Assembly: GCF_004010195.1 (NCBI RefSeq)
Contig: NC_057718.1
Location: 60,010,137 to 60,074,136, forward strand
Origin: Chiloscyllium plagiosum
Lineage: Eukaryota
Length of the DNA stretch: 64,000 bases
Reading direction: 5' to 3'
Of the stretch, positions 36,391 through 48,299 are shown in pieces. Within the stretch, counting starts at the first letter, position 1; each line of letters begins with the position of its first letter. The notes below the pieces were generated by a model. The model was given only the letters and a program-made list of their open reading frames with translations, did not search any database and was not told where the DNA came from. The translations under genes and the position numbers were made by a program.

Positions 36391-37504
36391 GCAGCAGCGT
36401 CAGCATCAGTTCAGGTAAGATACATCGAAAAGGGGTTGCTTGTTGAATCTCATTTCCTCTCCCTGTTGCTAAAATCTAATGTTTTATGTTCAAGTAAAAG
36501 CAGCTTCAGCTTTTCTACTGGAGATGTAATGTTGAAAGTCAATAACTGTGAAATGAATGCAGGTAATCTGGATTTAAATCCAAACTTCAGATCTGAATTC
36601 ACTTAAAAATGCACGCCCCTCCAGTACATGTGGTTAATTAGTTCCATCAAAGATAGGATATTAGAATCTTCATTGACATATAGTGTTAAGAACAATTTAA
36701 TTTCCTTTCACAAAAGTATTTTTTTCTGTCTTCCTATTTTCTTACCACTGATGATTGAATTTCTAGGCTTATTGAAAGCAGTGACTGTTGTTAGTAGAGG
36801 CGCTTACTAAATCATAGGTACAATTCTGACATTTATATCAAAGTTATGCTGCACATTTAGTGATTTTTATTTTATTGAATGATATTTCACAATGGTCATA
36901 GAGTGAACAGAAATGGATCAGAGCACCCGGCAAAATGTTGGATGTTTAAATCTGTCAGTTCTTCAGGACTATTTAATACTTATAGAAAACTTTCACTCTG
37001 TACTACCGTTGTTTACAAAGACAGAATGAAAGAATGTATGTCAGAAATACTATAGGTGGTAAAATTTAAAGAAATTTAAACTCTTTAAAGTAAATGGCGG
37101 CATGCATGAGGTTAGGAGAAACTTCAATCTCCACAAAGAATCTACATTAAAATTAACTCATTTAACCTTTACCTGTCTGGCAAGAACATGGTGATCACAA
37201 TCAGGAGGAAGCTAAAATAATTATAGAAGCAGAAAGCAAAGTGAATGGGAATGTGAGGAAATGAATTCTCCTGAGTGCATTGTTTGATTGATGCAGGAAG
37301 ACATTCAGCAGATCTAAGGAGGATTGGGCTCGTCATCAATTCCTAGTCAAAGGAAGCATGATTCCTAGCAAGAATTGTCAGTTAGTCTGATCAACAAAAA
37401 ATACAGTATCCATGTGACCTGAAAATAAAACATGCAGCAGGGGCCACAACTGTTAAAATGACATCACTTGACAACATAGTTTGGAAGATGCAAAGCACAA
37501 ATAC

Positions 37505-37615
37505 GCATACTACAAAATACTGAAGATGATAGAAGTCCGAAATAAAAACGGAGCTGGAAAATCTCAGCAGATCCGGCAGCAGATCCGGCAGAAACAGTTA
37601 ATGTTCTGGATCATG
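37505..37615 (-). mobile_element. PLE terminal fragment with a 12-bp internal tandem duplication
   Basis: aaatactgaagatg...gctggaaatctcagcagatccggcagc, with GCAGATCCGGCA repeated twice. Confidence 0.6.
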
Positions 37616-37617
37616 CC

Positions 37618-37665
37618 TAGGGTGACCAGATTTCCAAAATGTCAAAATTGAAACACACTGAAATG
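37618..37665 (+). mobile_element. Single hAT (Blackjack-type) terminal repeat
   Basis: TAGGGTGACCAGATTTCC; no partner end found in the window. Confidence 0.4.
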
Positions 37666-37689
37666 CCATGAGTAGGTGAGGCTCCAAAA

Positions 37690-38276
37690 TGATCAAATGT
37701 TGGATATCCAATGACAGTTGCCGATGGAGAGGGGCAGTTGTATGGGGTTGGCTGGGAAGTGGTGTCAGGACCAGAATGGGGAAGGATATCTGGTCCAATA
37801 GTGAAAGAAGTGGGGAAATTGAATCCAGCAGCAAAGGAAGGATTGTCAGTCCAGTGGCAGGGGTTTCAGGTCTGAGTTGAGGAGCAGGGTGTTGGATCCA
37901 GGGGCAGGGATGCCTGGTCCCAGGAGAAGGAGTGCTATCAGGCCATTGTCTGGAGGGTATTGGGAGTCTGGGGGAATTGGAAGTGGGTGATTGTAAGGTA
38001 AGTTAGATCTCAGTCGAATTGGTTACTCATATTAGTACTTAATAATCTAATGTTTCTTGAGTAGTTATTTAGTTAATTGCAGTGGAACTCTCTGAATTCT
38101 CCTATTTAAATGGACACTTTTAGATGGTTCCAGGCATAAGGAAGTTATCCAAAACAATCTTCACTTTCCTGGGCAATTCCTATGATTTCTGCTACAATGG
38201 GGATTCCACAGGGTGCCCATTCATAACTCACAACTATGCTTCAGAAGTGATTATTGGGCCATCAGAAAATCCAGGC
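37690..38276 (+). repeat. Interspersed repeat, copy 2 (see 16700-17242)
   Basis: G-rich degenerate array followed by the shared segment ending GGGCCATCAGAAAATCCAGGC. Confidence 0.6.
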
Positions 38277-39445
38277 CTGTCTTTGAATTATGATTTTAAG
38301 ATTCTTTCCCTTTTTGTCATGATAGACCTCAATAGAAATAGCCTGACAGGGCAGCAGCCCTCAGCACACCAATTGTTTTGAACAATAGCTCAGTTCAATA
38401 CTTTGTGTGGGATGTAGTTAGTTAATTTGAACGAGACCAAACTGGGTGAATCATCAAACATGGATGAGGAGAAGTAGCTGAAGGTGTCATTGGAATCCAG
38501 CACCCGAATGCTGTTAATGACGCTTTAATGTTGAGAAATACATCAGTGCAAGTGATATTGGGCAAACATGGCATGTCCTATTGTTCTTGAAAAAGCAGAT
38601 GGAAGTGTAAACATGTTACTCACTTCTCCAGGCATCTGTCTCCTGCTTTCTACATGACTAGGACATTGGTTCACACTTCAGATAGTCCCAATGCACACCA
38701 GAAGGACAGATTGTCAGAAAGTAGTGGTCTATTGGTGATACTATTGCCAATGATAATAAGATCCTTTTTGCTTATGGTTTTTGATTCCAAGGATTCTGGA
38801 AGCTGTTAGCACATTTGTTACTCTGCATTGCTGTTGATTTGGAACAGTTATGGAACTAACTGTCCTCAGTAGTTATTTGAAATATGGCTGTTGTCAATAA
38901 TTGTAGGTGCTGCCTATTTAGCACCTGTCTGTAGTGAACTACACTTCCAATCGGTCTCTTATTTACTATATACGTGACTGGCATATTTATTCATACTCTA
39001 AATGATCCCTATGTTAATCTACATCCCATGGATTTCTTTCTTCATATGTAATTTTCAACAATGAAATAATTAAATTGGTTTGCTTTTAAAACAAATTTCA
39101 CCATTAATATTAAACTGCCCTGCCTCTGCAGCGTGCAGTAGATGGGTTGTCATTTGCGGCTTGTATTAAATTGGTTTTTTTTCAAGTCTACTCCTTTATC
39201 ACTTTCCTGAAATATTGTAAATCCTTTGTTTAGTGATTCCAACAAGAATAAGTGTTACATATTTTGTTTCCACAGAAATGCGTTGACTATTTCTAATGCT
39301 GAAAAATACTGAGCATTAAAAGAAACTAAAACAAACACCACAAAAATGAAAAGAAATTCATTAAATATAACCCTGGCCATTTAAGGGCATTTGAAACATG
39401 ACAACTTTAATTATATCTACTGCAGAATAAAGAGTGTGTGCACCT

Positions 39446-39517
39446 TCCCTGGTGGTCGAGTGGTTAGGATTTGGCACTGTCACCGCTGTGGCCCGGGTGC
39501 GACTCCTGGTTAGGAAA
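39446..39517 (+). pseudogene. tRNA-Glu-derived pseudogene (anticodon now reads GTC)
   Basis: 72 nt TCCCTGGTGGTCGAGTGGTTAGGATTTGGCACTGTCACCGCTGTGGCCCGGGTGCGACTCCTGGTTAGGAAA aligns without gaps to vertebrate tRNA-Glu(CTC). Anticodon stem and T-loop (GTTCGA>GTGCGA) are damaged, mostly by CpG transitions. Confidence 0.88.
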
Positions 39518-40499
39518 CGGGAGTTTCCCGCTGGTCTGCAGGAAGTGAAGCCTGTAGCTAAGAAGTAAAAGGTGTGTGCTTCTGATTGTATTAAATATAA
39601 AACTTATTAAACAAAATGTCTGAGTGAAATCTCCATGGGTGTTAAGTTCCATTGTATAATTGTAGGCAGTGGGATTCTAGCAAAGAAGTGTTGAATTTCC
39701 CTGACTTGTCTTGAATTAACTCAGTGGAAGTATGCCTACAGCTGGAAAATGTACCCCATTTTCTTTCTTTTGAGCTGAATTCAAATGTATTGTATACTGC
39801 CTCTTGCTTCAGATGTACTGCGCTCAACATTGGTAATGAGATTATCTGGGAGATGTGTTGCCATATACAGTGATAGGATCCAGTTGGTACAAAATCCATT
39901 TTTTATATTTTAATATTAAAGTTTAACAAGAATTTAACTGATATGTTTAACTAGCTCAGAATGTCTCATATAAATGATTTAGAAATGTCATTAGCAGCTG
40001 TGGGCTTGGAAGCAGAGGTCTGTGCACATGTACAAAGCTCTGCTTTCACCAATTCAGCAACAATATGGGCAGATAACAGAAATGTGATTGCCAGTCCACT
40101 TTGCTATAGTTGCTGTACCATTCTAAATTATGTGCCTTAGATATTAATGTTGCATTGTTATCAGAATGCTTCTTTCTATGTTTTTTCTTGTCCATGCAAG
40201 GCCTGGATGTTACATAAAAATCCCCGTTTTTCAGTGGACAAGCAATAAAACAAAATAAAGAGTTTCAACAGAAAATCTTCATCTCTGAAAATGGCTGTCA
40301 AGATTTTTGTCTTATGACCTCAACTTCATCATGATCAATTAAGTAAGAGTAGGATTGTCTTCCTCCATTATGTCCATGCATTCTCATCACTTCCTATCCC
40401 TGCTGAAACTGTTTAGTTCATAGGTAGGAAGAGATTGAGAAGTTGAAAAATCATACATGATTACAAAGCATTATTTTTGCTGGGAGTCACTTCTCCTTT

Positions 40500-41720
40500 G
40501 GAGTTGCAGCTTCTGAGCATGTAAAGGTACATTGAGAAAATTGCTGAAAATTTAAAGGGAGCTCCACAACTAATGCATTACCCTCTCAAGAGTCCATTGT
40601 TCTTATGCCTTTGTGGAAAATAATGCGGATATGAAAAAATGGACGGAGCACAGGGAATTGTGTCATGGTGCACTCCAGCAAGGCCTGAAAACATCTATCA
40701 GCACCACCAAAACAGACCATTTGGATTTTTGCAATAGATATTGAATAAGAAGGTAGCATTTTCCCTCTGACAGTGACAGCAAAATGTTACTTGTTAACTC
40801 TTGATTGCAACCTTCCTACAATTTTTCTGTGGTGAAAGCACAAAACCTTTATGCCCCTGAATGCTTCCAGGCGGCCTCTGGTAACATTAGCAACATCAGT
40901 CAGTTAGCAAATGATTGCTGCATGAGCCACCTTATAGATGGTCCGTACAGGGATGTTTCTGATTTCATTCATGTTCACATTATTTGTGAAAAGGATTGAG
41001 AGCAATTTGTTAACTTTTTCTAAAGGATTGGATTCACATAAGTGTAAGATATCATGGATGCTGCCGATATGGATACAAAGGCCCATCCAATAACCCAATA
41101 AAACATAAATAGGAAGATATTTCATTCCCTGACAGGCCAATAATGACACTAGCTTCCTCAGTAGGTAAGTCAATGCCTGATACGTGATGAATATCCTTGG
41201 TTCATTCATTTTCAGGCAATTAAGGATACCTCAAATGCTTAGCCATAAATTGTCCGTAGTGTTAGGTGCAGGGGTAAAGGAAGTGGAATGGGTCTGAGTG
41301 GGTTGCTCTTCGGAGGGTCGGTGTGGACTTGTTGGGCCAAAGGGCCTGTTTCCACACTGTAAGTAATCTAATCTAATCTATGTTACAGCGCTATTGATAG
41401 GAGATCCGAGACAGCTAGTTAATTTATAGCAGCTGACATTTTGATTCCAAAGATAGAGGCCAAAAATAGGTTCAGCAAGACGTTGAAAGGTACTACAATC
41501 ATTATGGAATAGAACACTGGAGTTTACAGTGTCCATCTATGGTGCCTGGGAAAGTCACAGGAAATTATATGGTGTAGCTGTGCAAGCTAGAAATTCTAGA
41601 GATGTGGAGGCTGTCTGCACTCTGCATAACATTGTTATTACAAAGAAACTGGCTTTCCAGGCACCAATGAAGGTAAGGAATTTGCTGGAAACCAAACACT
41701 TACTCCAGATGAAGGACCCC
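40500..41720 (+). mobile_element. PIF/Harbinger transposase fossil, near full length, split by an HE1 3' fragment
   Basis: AQNLYAPECFQAASGNISNISQLANDCCMSHLIDGPY (cf. ALxFYAxGSFQxxxGDxxxISQ), NRKIFHSL at 41108 (cf. NRKGFHSL) and VCTLHN at 41613 (cf. CCxLHN). Confidence 0.85.
41242..41380 (+). mobile_element. HE1 SINE 3' fragment
   Basis: TAAATTGTCCGTAGTGTTAGG...GGGCCTGTTTCCACACTGTAAG plus (TAATC)n. Confidence 0.9.
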
Positions 41721-42391
41721 AGTTATCACCACCAACATTTTCCAACAATTGAGGTACATTTAAACCCCTGTTCAACAAAATAAAGCCTTTCAGTGTCCCT
41801 TGTCCCAAAAACCTTTCAGCTGTGCAATGTTTCCAAGAAGTTTATGAGGAAAGTTATTTGCTAATAAGAGAAAGAACAGAGCACTTCCTTAGCCACAAAG
41901 GTGTGAAGTATTGTTGTCTTGGAGAAGGCAGAATGTGCTGTCAGTTTTGTGCTCTGGCCAGTCTGCTGGCATGTTCCCACTCTGATATTTCTGATAAGCG
42001 TCTTGGGAATGTGGAGGGTCATTGAATTACCTTTAGGGGTATTCACCAGACACCCTGGATTTTTGCAGTTGGTAGCTGAAACCTGACAATAGATGAAGAT
42101 GACCTGTTGGCTGCAGTGCAGAGAGTTAGTGCTTCCTTCCCTCCCCCAGCCGACAGCAATTGTTAATTCTTAATTGCATGGGGTTTCAGGAGGTGCTTCT
42201 CAATTCAGGCTTCTCCATTTTCGATTGGGTCCAGGTGGCACCATCTTCTTGTGCTGAGTTGGAAAGCATTGCGTTGATGCTGGCACATTGGCATTGCCAT
42301 TAGAAGCTATAATAGCTGCAGTCGTTCTTTGCAAATCATTTGCGTTTGGCATGTGCTTAGCTGAAGTAATGAGAATAGTTTGAGAAGCGAA

Positions 42392-42985
42392 GATAGTGAA
42401 GAAGGCATTTGGTATGCTTGCCTTTATTGATCAGAGTATTGATTATAGGAGTTGGGAGGTCATTGTATGGCCACGTTTGGAATACTGCATTCAATTCAGT
42501 TTTAATGCTACAGGAAAGATGTTGTGAAACTTGAAAGGGTTCAGAAAAGATTTACAAGAATGTTACCAGGATGGGAGCGTTTGAGCTACAGGGAGAGGCT
42601 AAAAAGATTGGGGTCATTTTCCCCGGAACATCAGTAGCTGAGAGGTTACCTTTTAGAAGTGTATAAAATTGTGAGCAGCATGGGTAGGGTGAACAGTCAA
42701 GGTCTTTTCCCCAGGGTAGGAAAGCCCAAAGCTAGAGGGCATAGATTTAAGGTGAGAGGGAAAAGATTTAAAAGGGATCTATGGAGCCACCTTTTCACGC
42801 ATTGATGGTGAGTGCATGGAATGAACTGCCACAGAATGTGGTGGAGGCTGGTATAATTGCAACATTTAAAAGGTATCTGGATGGTTACATGAATAGGAAG
42901 GGTTTAAGAGTGATATGGGCCAAATGCTGGCAAATGGGACTGGATTAATTTGGGATATTTGGTCAGCATGGATGAGTGGACCATG
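42392..42985 (+). mobile_element. CR1/HER1-type LINE 3' fragment
   Basis: Closely parallels 20645-21240 (GATAGTGAAGAAGGCATTTGGTATGCTT...). Confidence 0.92.
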
Positions 42986-44349
42986 GCATCCAACTGTCTG
43001 GCTCTAGATTAAGCCTTGTCTAAGTCATAAAACACTGACCTATTCTGCTTTTTAGACCATCTATGAATGTCGTCACTGTTGCTACTGTGGGTGTCATAAC
43101 TGCCCTTAAAAACACTTTGTTATATTTTGAGGCTGCATTGATTCCCAGACTACTAAGTCACCAAAGCATTAAGATGCAAACTTTCATACAAATAAAGGTT
43201 TAAATTTCTCCAACATTTTAACAGTTTACATCAAGGGGATTGTTTCTACTAGCCCTGGGTTTCTACTGGCAGAGATCAGCTCCGTTTGCCCTCTTCAATG
43301 AGCAATAGTTGAAATGTCATGATTCCCTGCTAACCTTCCCAGCTCAAAGATATTCTTTGATCCTTCAGTGAAATTTCTAGTGGACTTTCAACAGCCTTGA
43401 ATTTTGGCTCTTGTTTCGGTAAGACTTGCAGAAAAGCTAATATAGAACAATACTTTGCAGTTTGAGGACGAAAAGGGACTCTCATGCCCACTGAGAATCT
43501 CATTCATTTCTTCCCTTACTGAGATAGCATGGATGTGAGTTACACCACCTGCAAATTCTCAGGAGTGGAGGGGATACTCATCTCTTCACTTACATTAGCC
43601 AACTTGATAAAGTCATTAATATTTTTCTGACACTAAATGATCATTCATGGGGAGATAGACCAGGTATTCAACATCAGAACTCTTCAGACTGCCTGCAAGT
43701 TCCTTTCCAGAGGTACCGTCTCTCTTGGCACTAATGTGCTTTTCACTTCCAGCTCTTATCAATGGCATTATCATCATTTCAGAGAATACTTTCTCCTGTT
43801 TTTTTTTCTCAACATTCAAGTTACACTTTTTAGTTTTTTTCTGTCCATCTGGATCCCCTACCCTCCCAACTCGCTGACATCTCCTTCCCCACTCTGCCTC
43901 CTGTTATGCCTTGGTATTTTAGTTGAAACAGCTTTTTATAATACTGCCTGCCCAAACTTCCAGTAACAAAGATACAGATATTGGAAACCCCTCTAACAAA
44001 ATATGCAGATGTGCTACTCATGTGGCATGGGTGAGTAAAAGTCCTCTTTTAACATTTTCCTGATGGTCAGGAAATTTCAGGTCTCAATATCAACAATGCC
44101 TTTCTTGACCTTAAACCAATGTTGGGCAGAATATTTTGTATACTAAAGGGAGATATAAGAAGACACTATATTAGATCATTTCATTTAATGCTTGATTGAT
44201 GTTTAACTTGACAAAAATTGGCCTACTATAAATAATAATATAGATAATGTTAATTCATTTTTGACAAATACATGAAACCAAATTTCTTTGACTTTCTTTG
44301 CACGAGCTTGAGAAAGTCAATGTTGTTAATTTTTGACAAAACCCCTGAC

Positions 44350-44720
44350 ACTTGGTAGCAGCAGTATGTACTGTTTACAAGCTGTGCTGCAAAAATTCAC
44401 TGAGGCTGTTTGGATAGCACCTTTCAAACCCATGACCACTTCTATCTCGAAGGGCAGGGGTAGCAGAAACATGAAAACACCACTTCCTGCAAGTTCCAAT
44501 CCAAACTCCTCACCATGCTGATTTGGAAATATATTGTCATTCCTTCAGTGTTGCTGGGTCAATATCCTGAAACTTCCTCCATAATGTATGTTTATCTGAA
44601 CCAAATAGGTTGCCAAAGTCCAAGAAGGCAGCTCACCACCACCTTCTCAGGGCCATCTAAGGATGGACCCAAATGCTGGTCCAGTCAGCAAAGCCCACAT
44701 TCCATGAAGGAATAAAAAGT
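44350..44720 (+). mobile_element. LINE 3' end (same family as 33235-34385)
   Basis: gtagcagcagtatgtactgtttacaag ... ggcagctcaccaccaccttctcagggc ... cccacattccatgaaggaataaaaa. Confidence 0.8.
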
Positions 44721-47700
44721 ACACTTTTATATTTTAATGCTTTCGGTCAGACATTGCATTGAAACTGCTGTCATTAAAGCTGGACTGAAAATATGAAAAT
44801 AACAACTAATTGTTATCAAGCCAAGCTTATGCCAGATCACATTGACACATTTAGAAGAAACCATCCCCTAGATCCCATTTAGAATTTTATGTAATGCCTG
44901 TAATCCATTTCAGCATCATCCCATGCACTCTCCACCCACTGTTAGTTCTCAGATTGGAGCTGTGAGTTATAACAGGAGGATCCTCTTTGCCTTGGCATTT
45001 GTCAATATCGGAAAAACATTGGAAACAAAGTAAGTCAGCAGTGTCTTCTCTGAGCTTCACCAAATATTATGGAGAACTCCCTGAAGGGTGGGCTTCTTTT
45101 CTCTTGAAGCTGAGCTTGGTCAGATAACACAAATTAAAGAAAGCTGGTCACACCGTCTGAAATTTCAAAACAGAAGAAAGAGGGATTCCTGTGCATTTGA
45201 ACTGTCTGTTTGGTGTTTGTAATTATTATTAATCTGTAGTGACATAAAGCAGATGATTGCAATGTCCATTAGCTGTTTTAAAAATCCTCCCATTTTGTTT
45301 ATCAACCAACAATGCACACCTTCCATTTACAGCCTTACTTTATTTTATCAATTTGTGTCTTCACTGACCACAGAATATAAAAGTGGCTTTTGTTCTGTTG
45401 GAGATAAATTGAACATCACTTCACTGCAGACCTTTTATCCAAGGATTGTTGATCACAATACATGGAACAGCACTCCAGTGATGTACCACCCTATTTGCAT
45501 TTCATAGATGTGTCATTATCCACAATATTTGACATCAAAAAAGACATTAAAATGATTTCCCTCTGAATAAAACAAATTAGTAGCTCAGAGTTTTGTATAT
45601 CATTTGAATACTCAGATTGTAAAATGTAAATTGATATATAAGAAAATGGCCCATTAACTTTTTCATTAATGGTAATAAAGGATTTTGTGTGTCAGCAGTA
45701 GGTTGAACCAGCAGTCCTACTAGCCAGGCAGGAGGATGAATATGTAAGTGTTTGAGAACATTTAAATTTTCACTAGCAGCAACAAAAATAATAAGTAAAT
45801 CAAAGACTGCACATGTATTCTTAACCTGGTCATTGTCTAAACACATCTTTTTTGTCAAATAAGTCTTTTGCTATATCTAAATGATTGTTCTCCGTTTTAC
45901 TGATCTATTGGTTTCTCTAGAATTGTAATTCTTGGGTAAAAAGTGTATTTAAGAAAGATAGATCATGTTCAGAGGCAAAATGGTGCACAAGCAAGAAAAC
46001 AACAACTAGAGATGACAGAAAAGGCAAATTTTAAAAAAAATCAGAAATACAGCACCAAATGAAAGTCTTCACAGCAGTACTTTCTCATTTCAAACCAAGG
46101 ACAATTCAAAACATTTAGTGTGTTAAAACCCACTTAAGTTGCAGTTAATATACAGTAATATAATGCTGAAAATTACGGTTTAAAACTTATAAAATCTTGT
46201 AGTTTTTAAAGAGCTATATTAATAATTTGTCTATTTAAAAGATATCACATTCGAACAGATGAAAACCAATGCATATAAAGTAAAGAAAATGTCTTGCCTT
46301 AAGTAAAATCACTTCTTAAAAAATTACACAGTATATTTAAATTACCATTTGCTTAGCAACGTGCCCTGGTAGACATTCCAGTGCTGCTACAAAATGATCG
46401 ATTAAGTTTAATTTTCTACTGGTTCCTAAAAAATGGCTATCAGTAAAGTGTCCTTTCACCACAACTAGGGAATTCACATTGTCTATTAAATTTTCTTGTG
46501 AGGAGCAAGACGTTAACAAAAAGTAACAGATGATATGAACATTTCATGCATAATCTGCAATATGAGATATGTATTAATAGGGAAATTATGATGCATTCAA
46601 TTATTATGAAATGCCTTCCAGAGATGTTTTGATTTGGCTGCACACTGATAGTGCCTGCACAGCATGGAACATCTCGAGTGATGAATAACCTAATCTCCTA
46701 ATCTCGAAATGTGCACTGTTCATTTTCTAGTCTGTATCCATGCGTTTACTGAAACTGTTTGCGGTTACCAGGCAGCTGCAGTCACTTCATCGTCAATGAA
46801 CAATAAGGATGTTCCTCAGAGAGGTCAGGCAGGATTTATTTTATTGTGTGCATAGTCAGAGTCAAGGAAGAGTAATGAGACTGTCCTTTTTTTAAACAGA
46901 GCCACTGATCTGCGTGTCGCTTGGCATGGCTGAATCAAACAAGCTTTACTGAAGGAATGTAAAAACATGCAAATATATAGACAGCCTCACCTTCAGCTTC
47001 CTGCTTTAGAAACTAAATATTAGTCTTTTAGTAAATTTATACAAAATAATTCTGGAGGATGGACAGGTCTGACTTTAATCATTAGTTATTGCATCCAGTT
47101 TCTTTTTTTTTCTTAAACATTTTTATTTATAATTAGTTTAAGGCCATCTATTAACTACCTTTCTTTTCTTTTCATGGTTTTTAATCCTTCTGAATAGTTT
47201 CCAGTAGTGATAACTGGTCAGTACCTACTACAAACACATTGTTGAACATCTGTAGAAAGCCAATGTGATAGTCTTATTACAGTAAGTTGCACTGTTTATT
47301 CTTTTTTTATATAAGGTAAAAGTTAACATGGCAAATGTTAGAAGGTGCATGTGGTAACATTTTTATTTTAGTCAGTTGAAAGTATGGTTGTGAGAAAGAT
47401 GAATAAAAGATTCAGCAACTGAAGAACAGAGAAGCATGTCCCTGCCATTTCTAGAATGTTATCAGATTTGGATTTGTGGGTCCCATGGGACAAGACAAAA
47501 TATTGGAACAGACGGCTTGATATTTCAGAGAATATAGTCAGCTTTATTAGCACCGGTTACTCTTTCTGACTGACGGCTGTTTCAGTCTTTTTTTTCTTTC
47601 CTTCTGTTATTAATGTAGGCTAGTGTATGTAAATGTTATTCTTCGCTGCATAAGATAGGCAACCAATGATTTGTAATAAATGCTCATGAATGCCTAAGGC

Positions 47701-48299
47701 TGCACTTAAACTTTAAAACATCTATTATTAAGTATCGAAAAACACTGTAATGGCCAATGCTAACCTCACAAGGATTTTAGCTGTAATATGCTTTATGCAT
47801 GAAAAACAAAATTTGCCTGAAGTTAGAATTTGCAATGACATACTTTCCCCACCATTTGCTGAGTTTAGGTTGATTACCAAGATTTGTTTGGAATCTGAAT
47901 AATATTTTTTTTGTGAGACCTGAGATAAATATAATTAAAAATACTTTATTGATTTTTTTTAAAAAAGCCCTTGTGCTGCCAAAAGCTACTTGGGAACAAT
48001 TCTGCATTAATAGTGATCTTACTTAGCCAAACTCAACTCAGACATATTCTTTAAAAAATAAAACTATTGAATAATACAAGGCTGTTAAAAATTTATTTTC
48101 AGATACCATTTATAATACAAGTGGTGAAAGTTCATGGAGATTTTTTTTAAAATCAATTATATCATCACAGTAGAACTGGCTTTGCGAGTAAAATTGCATT
48201 TTTGTCTTAGTTGGTATATTTTATGAACTAAAGAAACAAAACTTCCCTGATGATATTCTTAATATCACTGTTGGGGAGTAATTTAATTCTAGACATTAG

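Noticed and set aside
39446..39517. Functional tRNA-Asp(GTC)
   Set aside because: The body is tRNA-Glu, and the anticodon stem, T-loop and acceptor stem carry disruptive changes.
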